From NCBI GenBank assembly GCA_045598625.1, contig JAZLML010000076.1:15525-79524 (forward strand): 64,000 nucleotides of DNA, written 5' to 3'. The stretch comes from Saccharofermentans sp. (GTDB lineage: Bacteria > Bacillota > Clostridia > Saccharofermentanales > Saccharofermentanaceae). This document shows, piece by piece, positions 20,962 to 31,579 of the stretch (position 1 is the first letter of the stretch; every line of letters begins with the position of its first letter). The position numbers were made by a program, and so were the translations under genes. The notes beneath the pieces are model-generated. The model was not told where the DNA came from. It did no database searches and worked only from the letters and a program-made list of their open reading frames with translations.

Positions 20962-22584
20962 TTAAACAGGTTCTGAAAATTTAACTACTATTACTCCGTT
21001 AACAAGCCCAACGGAATTCTCGGAAGGCCAAACGCCCATATTTCTTACTTCATCGGTAAAACCTATTCGATATGATGCTTCATCGTCAAGCACTCTGAAA
21101 TGTAAATCATACGGTTCGTAAGCAGGTTCATTCGGATTTGGATAGAATTTCGGAAGTTCAGCACCCGGATGATTGGAATAGTAAGACATCCTAAATCCCA
21201 CTTCTTCCTCCAGGAATAAGATTGCATAGCTTCTGTTCTCAACAAGAGAATCGTAGACATGATAATACATAAGTCCCAACTGTCCGTATTCCGAAGGATC
21301 GGTAAAAACAGAATCGTCTTGGAAAGATGCTCTGCCGACAAAAGCTATCGGAATATCGGTTCCGTCATCGAACTCATGAATCCTCATAGCAATCTCTTCC
21401 GCAGTATATCTTGAATATTCCACGCATTGTTCAACTTTGTACCAGTACATATTTGCCGTAAGGAAATTATTGAATACGATAACAACCAATAACGTCGCGA
21501 AAACGTTCTTAACAACCTTCTTGCACCACTTCTCACAAAAAACTGCATTCAAAATATAGATGAGAGTCATCGAATAAAGCATTCTGGCAGGATACTGAGA
21601 AACACCCGTTACAAACTGAAAAACACAAGCAGAAACAGGAATCAGAGCAAGACTTCCCAAGAATAAAAGGAGATGAACATATCTTCCGATAAGTCCGCTC
21701 TTCAAAAGAACCGCAATCAAAACAACTGCTCCCGCCAAAAGGAACAACAAGTTCAGAAAGTTATATACGGTAAAGCCGTCAATGGCGACATTCCACTGCA
21801 TGAAGAAAATAACACTGTTTTGAACCGAAGAAAAAAGAACTTCCGAAAAATCACCGAACACAAGTGAATTTGCTCCGGCATACTCCGTAGCACTCATATG
21901 GGATACAGCAAGAATGATTTTCCATACCAGATAATAAAGTCCGGTACCGACAACAAAAACAACAAGTTGCTGAGCAGCCCAAACCAGATACTCCTTTGTC
22001 TTGTGCGAATTAATCGCCAAGTGGTACATAAAATAACACAAAGTCAAAACCAAACCGAAGCTTAAATATACTTGGTATATACCGCATGCGAGGCATATCA
22101 GAACAACTGCGATAATCTTATCTGAAATCTTCTTGTTATCAAATCTCAAAAGATAAACGGCTATTGTAATCATCATCATTGCCGCCATATAACCGTCAGC
22201 CGTAAAAGAATAGTAAAGCGTTTCTACAACAGCAGGAGATGTAACCAAAAATCCTGAAATCAAAATAATAAGAAACGGATTTTTAACTTCAAAAAGCTTA
22301 ATGATAAAAACCGCCGCAACGGCAATATAAATCACAGAAAGTAATCCGGTAACCCACGGCAAATCGAAGAAAGAAGATAATGCACAAGGAACAGCCAAAA
22401 ACCATCTGCCCGAGCCTACCATGTTCTGGGTTGAATAAGTGTTAAACAGAGAATCACCGGACGGAAGATTATTTACAAATTTATAAAGGAATGTTAGAAG
22501 ACCTATCAAGATTGCAGAATAAAAAGCAATCTTACTTTCCTTCTTAAACTTTGTATTATACCAATTTACTATTCCTTCACCCAT
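20962..22584 (-). CDS. GtrII-like (Glucos_trans_II) integral membrane glycosyltransferase
   Basis: 540 aa polytopic; D-containing first loop (SGDS), GRWFL, IYQVY, extracellular C-terminal domain. Family assigned by resemblance. Confidence 0.65.
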   Translation of the reverse strand: MGEGIVNWYNTKFKKESKIAFYSAILIGLLTFLYKFVNNLPSGDSLFNTYSTQNMVGSGRWFLAVPCALSSFFDLPWVTGLLSVIYIAVAAVFIIKLFEVKNPFLIILISGFLVTSPAVVETLYYSFTADGYMAAMMMITIAVYLLRFDNKKISDKIIAVVLICLACGIYQVYLSFGLVLTLCYFMYHLAINSHKTKEYLVWAAQQLVVFVVGTGLYYLVWKIILAVSHMSATEYAGANSLVFGDFSEVLFSSVQNSVIFFMQWNVAIDGFTVYNFLNLLFLLAGAVVLIAVLLKSGLIGRYVHLLLFLGSLALIPVSACVFQFVTGVSQYPARMLYSMTLIYILNAVFCEKWCKKVVKNVFATLLVVIVFNNFLTANMYWYKVEQCVEYSRYTAEEIAMRIHEFDDGTDIPIAFVGRASFQDDSVFTDPSEYGQLGLMYYHVYDSLVENRSYAILFLEEEVGFRMSYYSNHPGAELPKFYPNPNEPAYEPYDLHFRVLDDEASYRIGFTDEVRNMGVWPSENSVGLVNGVIVVKFSEPV

Positions 22585-22602
22585 TGTAAATCTCCGTAAT
22601 CA

Positions 22603-23721
22603 TCAAGTAGTTCGCCTGTTCATTGCTATATTTAGTATGATACCAAACGATATGTAATTTACCAGTACTGCCGTTCCGCCTTGACTTACAAACGGGAGAG
22701 GAATACCGGTAATAGGAAGAAGTCCTACAGACATACCCATATTCTCTATGAAATGGAAAGCAAAACTTGCCGTAAGACCTACAACAATATACGAATAGGC
22801 ACTTCTTTTGGCTTTGGAAGCTACATAAAGGCATCTGCAAAGGAAAAAGAAAGCGAGGAGAATAACGGCCGTTGTTCCGATGAATCCCAAGCGTTCGGAA
22901 ACAGCAGAAAAAACAAAGTCACTTTGTTTTACCGGAACCGACACAAATATTCCGGTGTCATTTCCCGAAAGTCCTCCGGATGCTATCGCAGCCTTAGACA
23001 TAACAAGGTTATACTCGGCCTGAGGATCCGAACCTTCGAAAACGAGTGACAGAATTCTCTTTTTCTGGTAAGGCTCAAGATAGAAATTCCAGATAAGCGG
23101 GACACCGCAAACAATTGCCGCGGAAACCGCCAAGAGAAAATATCTGTACTTTACTCCCCATACAAACAATACACAAACAAACGAGAACATGATAACCATT
23201 GCGGTACCGAAGTCAGGCTGGGAAAGAATCAAAAGCATAGGAACGGAATAAACCAGGGCAATAAGTCCCAAGCCTTTAAAAACACCGATTTCCTTGTTTT
23301 TCATCTGCTCAAAAAAATAGGCCGAAACCATAACAAGTCCGATTTTCGCAAGCTCGGACGGCTGGAATGTTCCTACGACAGGAAGATTGAGCCAGGAATC
23401 GGCACCCCAAAGATAAGACATATCATAATTATCTATAGGAACCAAAACCAGAAGGAAAATCGAGGCACCGTAAATAACCCATCCTACAAATTTAAGGATA
23501 TCGGTATCCAAAAAGCAGATTACTATGGTGATGACAATTCCGAGAATGCTTGCAAGCACTTGTCTTCCGAAGTCACCTACATAACCTTCCTGATTCAGCA
23601 CCAGATTTAAAACGTAAAGACCGATAACAGTGAGCAATATAATCGGAACAACCAGATAGTAATCGATTGTTTTGATATAACTGTTGCGTGATTTTTCGAT
23701 ACCTGACTTATGTAATTCCAT
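22603..23721 (-). CDS. rodA: SEDS family protein RodA/FtsW
   Basis: FQPSELAKI, QPDFGTA, SDFVFS, GLLPITGIPLPFVSQGG. Confidence 0.88.
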   Translation of the reverse strand: MELHKSGIEKSRNSYIKTIDYYLVVPIILLTVIGLYVLNLVLNQEGYVGDFGRQVLASILGIVITIVICFLDTDILKFVGWVIYGASIFLLVLVPIDNYDMSYLWGADSWLNLPVVGTFQPSELAKIGLVMVSAYFFEQMKNKEIGVFKGLGLIALVYSVPMLLILSQPDFGTAMVIMFSFVCVLFVWGVKYRYFLLAVSAAIVCGVPLIWNFYLEPYQKKRILSLVFEGSDPQAEYNLVMSKAAIASGGLSGNDTGIFVSVPVKQSDFVFSAVSERLGFIGTTAVILLAFFFLCRCLYVASKAKRSAYSYIVVGLTASFAFHFIENMGMSVGLLPITGIPLPFVSQGGTAVLVNYISFGIILNIAMNRRTT

Positions 23722-24734
23722 TAAGTTTTCTCTGATATATCGTCTTCTTTGTCGGAAACTTCTTCATTGGATACAGTTTCTTCTGAAACCTTTTCATCGG
23801 ATACAGCATTTTCGGAAACTTCTTCGGAAACTTCGGTCTCAACAGGTGCATCAATGATGAACTTGCTTTCTTCCTTGAGAATAAACTTCTCAGGCAAAGG
23901 CGTTCTCATAATGTCCTTAGTTCTGGCAAAGGCAATCCAAAGAAGTCCTGCAAGAACAAGAATTACGGAAAGAAGCTGTGAAGTTCTGATTCCTGTGGAA
24001 CCGATGTAAAGAGAATCCGTGCGAAGGCCCTCAATAAAGTATCTTGCACCCCCGTAAACGATAAGATAAACAGATGTAGTTTCGAAAGAATGCTTGCTGT
24101 TCTTTCTGACCTTAAGAAGGATAAAGAACAAAATCAGATTGCAAATCGACTCATAAAGGAAAGTCGGATGAACCGGCATCGTAGGATCAAGTTCAGGACA
24201 ATATCTTGCAAGATAAGAAGAAATCTCGTTGCTTGTCATACCCCAAGGAAGAGTGGTTGTCGTACCGAAAGCTTCCTGGTTAAAAAAATTGCCCCAACGG
24301 CCGATTGCCTGACCCAATGCAAGATAAGGAATGCAATAATCCGTGCATGTAGCAAAAGAAATCTTTCTTATGCGGCACATAATAAGGAGAGCAAGAAGAG
24401 CTCCGATGATACCGCCGTATACGGCAAGGCCGCCTGCTCTGGTATTTACCACAAGCTTCCAATCGGTGGAATAGTAATCCCAGTTACAGAAAACATAGTA
24501 AAGTCTGGCGCCGATAATTGCACTCGGAAGGCAAAGAAGTAAAATATCCGATACCAAATCCGATGAGAACTTATTTTTTCTGGCCTGGTAAATGGCGAGC
24601 GCAAAGCAAAGAGCAACGCCCAAACCGATTATGACTCCGTACCACTTTATCTCAAAGCTTCCTATTGAGAAAGCAACATCATTTACATTAAACGTTATTC
24701 CCAAACCCGGGAAACGAACTTCCGTACTACCCAT
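23721..24734 (-). CDS. lgt: Prolipoprotein diacylglyceryl transferase
   Basis: KWYG, GGLAVYGG, QAIGRWGNFFNQEAFG, HPTFLYES; acidic VS(E/D)-rich tail. Confidence 0.97.
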   Translation of the reverse strand: MGSTEVRFPGLGITFNVNDVAFSIGSFEIKWYGVIIGLGVALCFALAIYQARKNKFSSDLVSDILLLCLPSAIIGARLYYVFCNWDYYSTDWKLVVNTRAGGLAVYGGIIGALLALLIMCRIRKISFATCTDYCIPYLALGQAIGRWGNFFNQEAFGTTTTLPWGMTSNEISSYLARYCPELDPTMPVHPTFLYESICNLILFFILLKVRKNSKHSFETTSVYLIVYGGARYFIEGLRTDSLYIGSTGIRTSQLLSVILVLAGLLWIAFARTKDIMRTPLPEKFILKEESKFIIDAPVETEVSEEVSENAVSDEKVSEETVSNEEVSDKEDDISEKT

Positions 24735-24818
24735 AAAAATCTCCCTTGGTGACAGATTAAAAAATGCAACTGTTATTCTACCACCTTTATTTTAAATATT
24801 TAAGTGTTGCCTATATTT

Positions 24819-25757
24819 TCATTCATTTTCGGAAAGACGGGTTTTCGCGGATACTATATCGTCGGAAATCTGAGATTTAAGATTGTCAAGCGACTCGAAT
24901 TTCTTTTCTTCTCTGATAAAATCCGCAAGTAAAACCGTAACTTCTTTACCGTATAAATCTTCGTCAAAATCGAAAATAAATGTCTCCAAACGCGGTATAC
25001 TGCTGTTTTCGGCCGTCGGGCGAAGACCCAAATCGGTAATGCCGCACTTTAAAATACCGTCGATAAGTACGTAAGATGCATATACTCCGAATTTCGGAAT
25101 GAATTTCTTATCCGGTATCCCGATATTAATCGTAGGAAAACCCAAAGTCTTTCCGAGTTTTTTTCCGACGGTAACGGTTCCCTTAAACGAATAAAACCTC
25201 CCGTCGCAAAGTCTTTTGAAGGTCTTAACATCGCCTTGCTTCAAAACCTCATAAGCTATGGTGGACGAGATTCTTTGTTTCTCGAACAATATATCATCGA
25301 AAACAAAAGTTTTAATGCCGTCTTTTGAAGAAAGTTCCTTCAAAAGCTTGCTGTTACCTGATTTGCGGACTCCGAAAGAATAATCATTTCCGCAAAACAA
25401 AGCCTCTGAATTAAAAGCATTCTTAATGATTTTTCCGTAAAATTCGGTTGCTTCGGTCGATTTAACCTCGTCGGAAAAATTAATAAAAACTACCTCGTCA
25501 ACGCCCAAAGACTCCAAAATCTCAAGTCTTTCCTCCAAGGTAAGAATCGTCGGCAAGTCGCGCGCCGGAAAGTTATCGAAGGTCTGAACGCAGGATAATA
25601 TGTTATGCTCACGTGAGTAAGAAACCACAGATTTAATGATATCGGTATGTCCCTTATGAAGCGCGTCAAAATAGCCCAATGCCACCGCACGTTTTTCTTC
25701 GTAAGGAAGATTTGTAAGAACTTTTCCGTTTTCGATGTCCAGATTATAGACTTTCAT
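24819..25757 (-). CDS. ribF: Bifunctional riboflavin kinase/FAD synthetase
   Basis: GYFDALHKGH, GNDYSFG, ISST, LGFPTIN, LETFIFDF. Confidence 0.95.
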   Translation of the reverse strand: MKVYNLDIENGKVLTNLPYEEKRAVALGYFDALHKGHTDIIKSVVSYSREHNILSCVQTFDNFPARDLPTILTLEERLEILESLGVDEVVFINFSDEVKSTEATEFYGKIIKNAFNSEALFCGNDYSFGVRKSGNSKLLKELSSKDGIKTFVFDDILFEKQRISSTIAYEVLKQGDVKTFKRLCDGRFYSFKGTVTVGKKLGKTLGFPTINIGIPDKKFIPKFGVYASYVLIDGILKCGITDLGLRPTAENSSIPRLETFIFDFDEDLYGKEVTVLLADFIREEKKFESLDNLKSQISDDIVSAKTRLSENE

Positions 25758-25770
25758 CAAAAAGCACCTT

Positions 25771-26718
25771 TCAATTTCCCGCAAGCATTCTTTCTATTCT
25801 AAGAATTCTCTCGTTTTCTTCCGTCACAAAATAGCAAACCGCAACAAGTTCATCGCCGTTTGTGCAACGGACAAGTTCGTTATCCTTAATAAGGCTTAAG
25901 TCCTGCTTAAAAAGCGATGCCTTAAGTTTTCTTCCGTTTCTTATAAGTTCCGTCTGTTTCTGATTTAGCTTTATTTCCGGCATATATTCGGTGATTTTTG
26001 CCGCATTTAATATGCAGGAATAGTCTTCGACCTTAATTTTCTCTTCAAGTTCGTCCAAGGTAATCGCATCTTTGACGTTAAACGGTCCCGTGGCAATTCT
26101 TTGAAGTGTTAAAGCATAGGCACCGTAACCCAAAATCTTTCCTGCATCCTCACAAATCGTTCTGATATAGGTTCCCTTGGAACAATTAACTTCGAATGTT
26201 ACGTAAAAAGAATCCTCGTAATCGCCGATATCAAGAATATTGATATCGTAGATTTCGATTTTATTCGGTTTTAACTCGAATGCTTCACCGTTTCTCGCCA
26301 AATCATAGGCTTTGCGACCGTTTATTTTCTTGGCGGAAAACTTAGGCGGGAGCTGTTCTTTGGTCTCCTTAACCTTTGCAAAAGCATCTCTTACGGCTCT
26401 GAAATCGGTCGCTTTAAGCTCATCCAGTTCCTCTTTTGAAGGAGTATTTACGGACACTACTTCGCCGTCCTTGTCCTGAGTATCTGTAGTTTTTCCGAAA
26501 ACCGCCGTGCACCTGTATGTTTTATCGAAATTATCGCCGAATCTGATAAATCGTAAGCCTTTTTCGACGCAAATCGGCAAAAGACCCGTGGCAAAAGGAT
26601 CCAAAGTTCCCATGTGACCTACTTTTCGAGTACCGAAAATCTTCTTCACCCGCGAATCGCAGGCAAAAGAAGTCATCTGCTCTTCTTTATTGATCAGAAT
26701 CAGTATGCTTTCTTCCAT
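25771..26718 (-). CDS. truB: tRNA pseudouridine(55) synthase
   Basis: KVGHMGTLDPFATGLL, PPKFSAKKING, CSKGTYIR. Confidence 0.97.
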   Translation of the reverse strand: MEESILILINKEEQMTSFACDSRVKKIFGTRKVGHMGTLDPFATGLLPICVEKGLRFIRFGDNFDKTYRCTAVFGKTTDTQDKDGEVVSVNTPSKEELDELKATDFRAVRDAFAKVKETKEQLPPKFSAKKINGRKAYDLARNGEAFELKPNKIEIYDINILDIGDYEDSFYVTFEVNCSKGTYIRTICEDAGKILGYGAYALTLQRIATGPFNVKDAITLDELEEKIKVEDYSCILNAAKITEYMPEIKLNQKQTELIRNGRKLKASLFKQDLSLIKDNELVRCTNGDELVAVCYFVTEENERILRIERMLAGN

Positions 26719-26737
26719 GATGTTGCTTCAATAATCC

Positions 26738-27769
26738 TTAAATAAGTTTGGACGCCTTAGATACGATTTCATCCCTTAATTCATCGATATCACGGCCTTC
26801 GATGGTAAAACCTGCGGCTCTTAAGTGTCCTCCGCCGCCGTAACCTTCAGCAAACTCCGAACTGTTAAACGGCTCCTCGGATCTTATGTTTACACGAATT
26901 TTTCCGTCATTGGTTTCTCTTAAAACGAAAGCAACCTTTACACCGTCCACATCTCTTAAGTGCGATACTACGGAGCCTATGGAATCGTTACCTGCATCGA
27001 ACTTCTCAAAAAGTTCCTTCTTGGCAACCGTGCTTGCAACTTTTCCTCCGCAGTCAAAATGCGTTTGTGACTCCAGGAAACTGCAGATAAGAAGTTCTTC
27101 CTTCTGCTTGCAATCGAAAAACCAATACATTACGGAACTTATATTACCGCCGAGCTTAACAAGTTCTGAAGCCGCGGTAAGTGTTTCCGGATTTGTATTC
27201 GTATAAGCAAAACGTCCCGTATCGGTAATGATACCCGCGAGCAAAAGATGGGCCGATCTTGCGGTTATAAGTTCATCCGTTCTCTTTCCCGTAAGTTTTG
27301 CAACTTCGCAAATAAGATAGTAAACAAGTTCGCTTGCCGAAGACGCCTCCGGTACAACCCACATATTATCCCCGTCGTTCTTAACACTTGCGTGGTGATC
27401 TACGATAAAAGGCTTTAAGCACTTCTTATAAATTTCGCCCGCACCGCCCATACGTGAAAAATCGGCACAATCTACTGCAATGGCGGCCTCAAATTCCGAA
27501 GGGGCTTTACCGGTTATATCTGTAACGATATCCTCAAGATTTAAATGCTTCATCATAAACGGAAGTTCTTCCGCTACCAAAACCTCGCAATCGGCGCCCA
27601 AAATACGAAGTGCCGTACAAAGAGCACAGGAGGATCCGATACAGTCTCCGTCCACGTGTTCATGCACGAAAACATATATTTTTCCGTGATTTTCTGCTAT
27701 CGGAACAAGTTTTTCCGTAAAGTATCGTGCAAAGGCTTCTTTTTTGAAGTACAAATCGGTATCGCTCAT
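26738..27769 (-). CDS. nrnA: DHH-family oligoribonuclease / pAp phosphatase (NrnA-like)
   Basis: HEHVDGDCIGS, VDCAD, IVDHH, DTGRF, GGGGHLRAAG; start moved to ATG 27769. Confidence 0.9.
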   Translation of the reverse strand: MSDTDLYFKKEAFARYFTEKLVPIAENHGKIYVFVHEHVDGDCIGSSCALCTALRILGADCEVLVAEELPFMMKHLNLEDIVTDITGKAPSEFEAAIAVDCADFSRMGGAGEIYKKCLKPFIVDHHASVKNDGDNMWVVPEASSASELVYYLICEVAKLTGKRTDELITARSAHLLLAGIITDTGRFAYTNTNPETLTAASELVKLGGNISSVMYWFFDCKQKEELLICSFLESQTHFDCGGKVASTVAKKELFEKFDAGNDSIGSVVSHLRDVDGVKVAFVLRETNDGKIRVNIRSEEPFNSSEFAEGYGGGGHLRAAGFTIEGRDIDELRDEIVSKASKLI

Positions 27770-27773
27770 ATAA

Positions 27774-28181
27774 TCACCCTTCTTCGGAGCTTTCTCCCCC
27801 ATCGTTCTTTTGCGTTTTGGCACGAACCTCTTCGTCGTGCTTAATGGTCTTATCTATAAGATCGTTAATTCTTGCGGCATTTTCCATGGAATTATCCAAT
27901 TTAAAATGTAGTTCCGGCGCCACGCGAAGATTAATATGCTTACACATTTCGCGTCTAATAAAGCCCGTTGCATGTAAAACAGCCGTAAGACAGTCATTTT
28001 TAACTTTTTCGTCTCCGTAAACGGAAAGATAGCAAACCGCATGCGTCAAATCCGATGACATCTTAACCTCCGTTATCGAAGTCAAAAACGGAATTCTCGG
28101 ATCTTTAACATCGTTTGCAATAATAGAGGAAAGAACTTTCTGCATCTCGTCACCGACGATTTGTGCTCTGTTTCTTCTCAT
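27774..28181 (-). CDS. rbfA: Ribosome-binding factor A
   Basis: VKDPRI, DLTHAVCYLS, LRVAPELHF. Confidence 0.96.
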   Translation of the reverse strand: MRRNRAQIVGDEMQKVLSSIIANDVKDPRIPFLTSITEVKMSSDLTHAVCYLSVYGDEKVKNDCLTAVLHATGFIRREMCKHINLRVAPELHFKLDNSMENAARINDLIDKTIKHDEEVRAKTQKNDGGESSEEG

Positions 28182-28195
28182 GTAATTACCTCCGT

Positions 28196-28246
28196 CAAAA
28201 AATCAAAACTGCCCTTATGCCCCTTCTAATAAGGAGCATAAAGACA
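28196..28246 (-). terminator. Terminator-like hairpin between infB and rbfA
   Basis: Minus strand CTGTCTTATGCTCCTT-atta-GAAGGGGCATAAGGGCAG followed by TTTTGATTTTTT. Confidence 0.7.
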
Positions 28247-28262
28247 GTACATTAATCAAAAA

Positions 28263-30968
28263 TTAACGCTCTACTTCTCTCATCTCGTAAGCTTCGATTA
28301 CGTCACCGATCTTAATATCGTTATAGTTCTCAATTGAAAGACCGCACTCGTAACCTGCGTTTACTTCTTTCACGGCATCCTTCATTCTCTGGAGAGATGC
28401 GAGATGACCCGTATAAACAACGATATCGTCACGAACAACACGAACGTCGCAGTTTCTTGCAATCTTTCCGTCGAGTACGTAAGAACCTCCGATTGTTCCG
28501 ACACCGGAAACCTTAAAGAGTTCACGAATCTCAACGTGACCCAAAACAACTTCCTCGAATGTAGGAGCGAGCATACCCTTCATAGCCTTCTCGACATCCT
28601 CGATAGCGTTATAGATTACGCTGTAAAGTCTTATATCAACACCGACTTCCTTAGCCTTCTCCGTAATGATTGCATTAGGGCGTACGTTAAATCCGATGAT
28701 GATGGCATTGGATACATCTGCAAGAACGATATCGGACTCGTTGATGGCACCTACGCCGCCGTGGATAACCTTAACACGTACTTCGTCGTTGGAAAGTTTC
28801 TCGAGAGACTGGATAACTGCCTCAACGGAACCCTGAACGTCTGCTTTGATGATGAGGTTAAGATCCTTAACATCACCTTCGGCAAGCGTCTGAGCCAAAG
28901 TCTCAAGGCTCATTCTGGAGCTCTTATGGAGCTGCTGCTCACGAAGCTTAATCTTACGCTTCTCAACGAGCTGACGAGCCATCTTATCGTCTGTTACGGC
29001 ATAAAGTGTCTCACCTGCTTCCGGTACTTCAGGAAGACCCAAAATCTCAACCGGAATAGAAGGACCTGCCTTCTTGATATCGGAACCCTTGTCATCGTAC
29101 ATAGCACGAATGTTACCGATCATAGGACCGCAAACAACGGAATCGCCTGCCTTAAGAGTACCTCTCTGTACGAGAACCGTCGCAACAGGACCTCTTGCCT
29201 TATCAAGTTTAGCCTCGATAACAGTACCCTTAGCCTGACGCTTAGGATCTGCCTTAAGTTCCAATACGTCTGCCGTAAGAAGAACCATCTCGAGAAGGTC
29301 ATCGATACCCTGACCCATCTTAGCGGATACAGGTACCATAATAGTGGAACCTCCCCATTCTTCAGGAATGAGTTCATAGTTGGCAAGTTCCTGCTTAACC
29401 TTATCAGGATTTGCTCCAGGCTTATCCATCTTGTTGATGGCTACGATAATTTCCGTATTAGCTGCCTTGGCATGGTTAATAGCCTCGATTGTCTGCGGCA
29501 TTACACCGTCATCTGCAGCTACTACGAGGATAGCGATATCAGTAACCTGCGCACCTCTTGCACGCATCGTTGTAAATGCTTCGTGACCAGGGGTATCGAG
29601 GAAAGTAATCTGACGACCCTTAAGTCTTACCGTATAAGCACCGATTGCCTGCGTAATTCCGCCTGCCTCGCCTGCAACAACGGATGAAGATCTGATTCTG
29701 TCGAGAAGCGATGTCTTACCGTGGTCAACGTGACCCATAACTACAACTACCGGCGGACGTGGCTTCAAATCTTCTTCCTTGTCCTCAGCCTCATCAAAAA
29801 GGATATCCTCCTCGGTAACCTCAGTAATAGGTTCAGCGTTAATTCCGAAAGCATCCGCCAAAAGGCAAGCCGTATCAAAATCAAGTTCCTGGTTGATTGT
29901 AGCAAGAATACCGAGCTTCATAAGTTCCTTAATTACGTCACCGCTCTTCTTGCCGATACCGTCAGCAAAGTCCTTAACCGTAATAAACGGAGGAAGCTGA
30001 ATATCTGTTATCTGCTGAACTACAGGAGCAGCTTCAACCTTCTGAGCCTTCTTATTCTTTTTCTTTGAACCGTACGAATAACCGTCGTAATCTTCACCGA
30101 AAGCATCGGTACTTCTGCCCTTATAATTATTGAAGTCGTTCTTGGAACGTCTGTCATTACTTCCGGCACCCTTACCGTTATCACGTCTGTTCTCTGTGTT
30201 CTCTGTTCTCTTCTTATCGAAAGCGTTACGCTCGGCAAAATTAGCTCTGCTCTTCTTACCTTCATCGATAGGTGACTCCTGCTTAGGCTTTGTCACCTTT
30301 CTTTGCATCTGGCGTGGCTGATCGTCATCGTCCTTATCCTTGCCGAAACCGCCCTGGCCGCCGTTATTTCCCTTGAAACTGTTTCCGTTTCTGAAATCGC
30401 CGCCCTGACGCTTCTCAAAACCGCCTCTTTCGCCGCGGTCGTTATTTCTCTGTCCGCCGTAATTTCCGCGACCCTGACCGTCACCGTTTCTCTGGAAACG
30501 ATTCTGTCCGTCACGATTGTTGGAATATGAAGTTCTCTTAACCTGACCGTCGCTCGGACGAGCTGCCTTATCAGGCATGGCGATAACTGCGGAAGATACC
30601 TTTGTCTTAGGCGCAGGCTTTTCTTCCGAGGCCTTAACTTCAGGCTCAGAAGGCTTTTTCTCAGACTTTTCAACGGTCTTGGAATTATCTTCTGCTTTTA
30701 CTTCCTTTTTAACTTCCGGCTTAGCTTCCTTTTTAACTTCAGGTTTAGCCTCAACTTCAGGCTTAACTTCAGCCTTCGGTTTCTCGACAGGCTTAACGGC
30801 AGGCTCTGCTTTTGCTTCAGGAGCCTTCACCTGTTCAGCTTTACTTTCAATATTTTCACCTGCTTGTTCAACAGGCTTCTTCTTGTGGACTTTTCTGACT
30901 CTGAGCTCCTTGTTACCTGAAACACCGCTCATGCTTATAGACTGCTTGTTTTCGTTGTCTTCACCCAT
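28263..30968 (-). CDS. infB: Translation initiation factor IF-2
   Basis: [22 protein letters not shown]; long low-complexity N-terminal region. Confidence 0.99.
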   Translation of the reverse strand: MGEDNENKQSISMSGVSGNKELRVRKVHKKKPVEQAGENIESKAEQVKAPEAKAEPAVKPVEKPKAEVKPEVEAKPEVKKEAKPEVKKEVKAEDNSKTVEKSEKKPSEPEVKASEEKPAPKTKVSSAVIAMPDKAARPSDGQVKRTSYSNNRDGQNRFQRNGDGQGRGNYGGQRNNDRGERGGFEKRQGGDFRNGNSFKGNNGGQGGFGKDKDDDDQPRQMQRKVTKPKQESPIDEGKKSRANFAERNAFDKKRTENTENRRDNGKGAGSNDRRSKNDFNNYKGRSTDAFGEDYDGYSYGSKKKNKKAQKVEAAPVVQQITDIQLPPFITVKDFADGIGKKSGDVIKELMKLGILATINQELDFDTACLLADAFGINAEPITEVTEEDILFDEAEDKEEDLKPRPPVVVVMGHVDHGKTSLLDRIRSSSVVAGEAGGITQAIGAYTVRLKGRQITFLDTPGHEAFTTMRARGAQVTDIAILVVAADDGVMPQTIEAINHAKAANTEIIVAINKMDKPGANPDKVKQELANYELIPEEWGGSTIMVPVSAKMGQGIDDLLEMVLLTADVLELKADPKRQAKGTVIEAKLDKARGPVATVLVQRGTLKAGDSVVCGPMIGNIRAMYDDKGSDIKKAGPSIPVEILGLPEVPEAGETLYAVTDDKMARQLVEKRKIKLREQQLHKSSRMSLETLAQTLAEGDVKDLNLIIKADVQGSVEAVIQSLEKLSNDEVRVKVIHGGVGAINESDIVLADVSNAIIIGFNVRPNAIITEKAKEVGVDIRLYSVIYNAIEDVEKAMKGMLAPTFEEVVLGHVEIRELFKVSGVGTIGGSYVLDGKIARNCDVRVVRDDIVVYTGHLASLQRMKDAVKEVNAGYECGLSIENYNDIKIGDVIEAYEMREVER

Positions 30969-31300
30969 CAGTTGTTGCCCTCCTCATCAAAATCGTTCAA
31001 CATTTCACTTAATTTTCGCGCGAAGCCGTCATCAGAAATTCCGATAACCGCTTTCGGAGATTTTCCCAGGGCGTCTCCGAGACGTCCCGCTGTCGAGAAA
31101 CTATATGCATCAGGTAATTTGATACCCTTCTCTCCCAAAGTAAGCAACTTATCAAGAGTGTTTCTCGATATATCCCCGGCGAAAATCAGAAGCTTAACTT
31201 CTCTTTTCTTCAGGGAATTACAAACCGCATCAAAACCGCAGATTACTTTTCCCGCTCTCATGGCAAGTCCCATGAATCCCAAAATTCTGTCTTCGGTCAA
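30968..31300 (-). CDS. ylxQ: L7Ae/YlxQ-family RNA-binding protein
   Basis: [23 protein letters not shown]; operon position; TTG start. Confidence 0.9.
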   Translation of the reverse strand: MTEDRILGFMGLAMRAGKVICGFDAVCNSLKKREVKLLIFAGDISRNTLDKLLTLGEKGIKLPDAYSFSTAGRLGDALGKSPKAVIGISDDGFARKLSEMLNDFDEEGNN

Positions 31301-31578
31301 TTCGCATCTCCTTCTAAGGCCGCATCAAGAATCGATTTCACAACGTTTTCGATCTCGTCAGCGCTTAATGAATGTCTTAAGCCCTTCGAAAGTCTGTGCG
31401 CTTTAATCTCCTCTTTAATGCACTTCTCGTTACGGCAGATATATGAACCGCGGCCCGGCATCTTACCGGTAGGATCGGAAACTATGCTTCCGTCCTCCAA
31501 GAGAACAATTCTGGCAAGCTCATTCTTGTCTTTTTTCTCTCGGCAGCTCACACACATGCGTTGCGGTTTTTTCTTCAT
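31297..31578 (-). CDS. ylxR: YlxR (DUF448) RNA-binding protein
   Basis: PQRMCVSC, GRGSYIC; operon position. Confidence 0.92.
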   Translation of the reverse strand: MKKKPQRMCVSCREKKDKNELARIVLLEDGSIVSDPTGKMPGRGSYICRNEKCIKEEIKAHRLSKGLRHSLSADEIENVVKSILDAALEGDAN

Positions 31579-31579
31579 A

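Noticed and set aside
28404-29687. 427-aa plus-strand ORF, and similar ones at 3503-4249, 8186-8860, 15432-16241, 58290-59324
   Set aside because: Antisense shadows of well-supported genes; no recognisable motifs.
30580-30870. KPEVKKEA-like tandem repeats
   Set aside because: Normal low-complexity N-terminal region of IF2.
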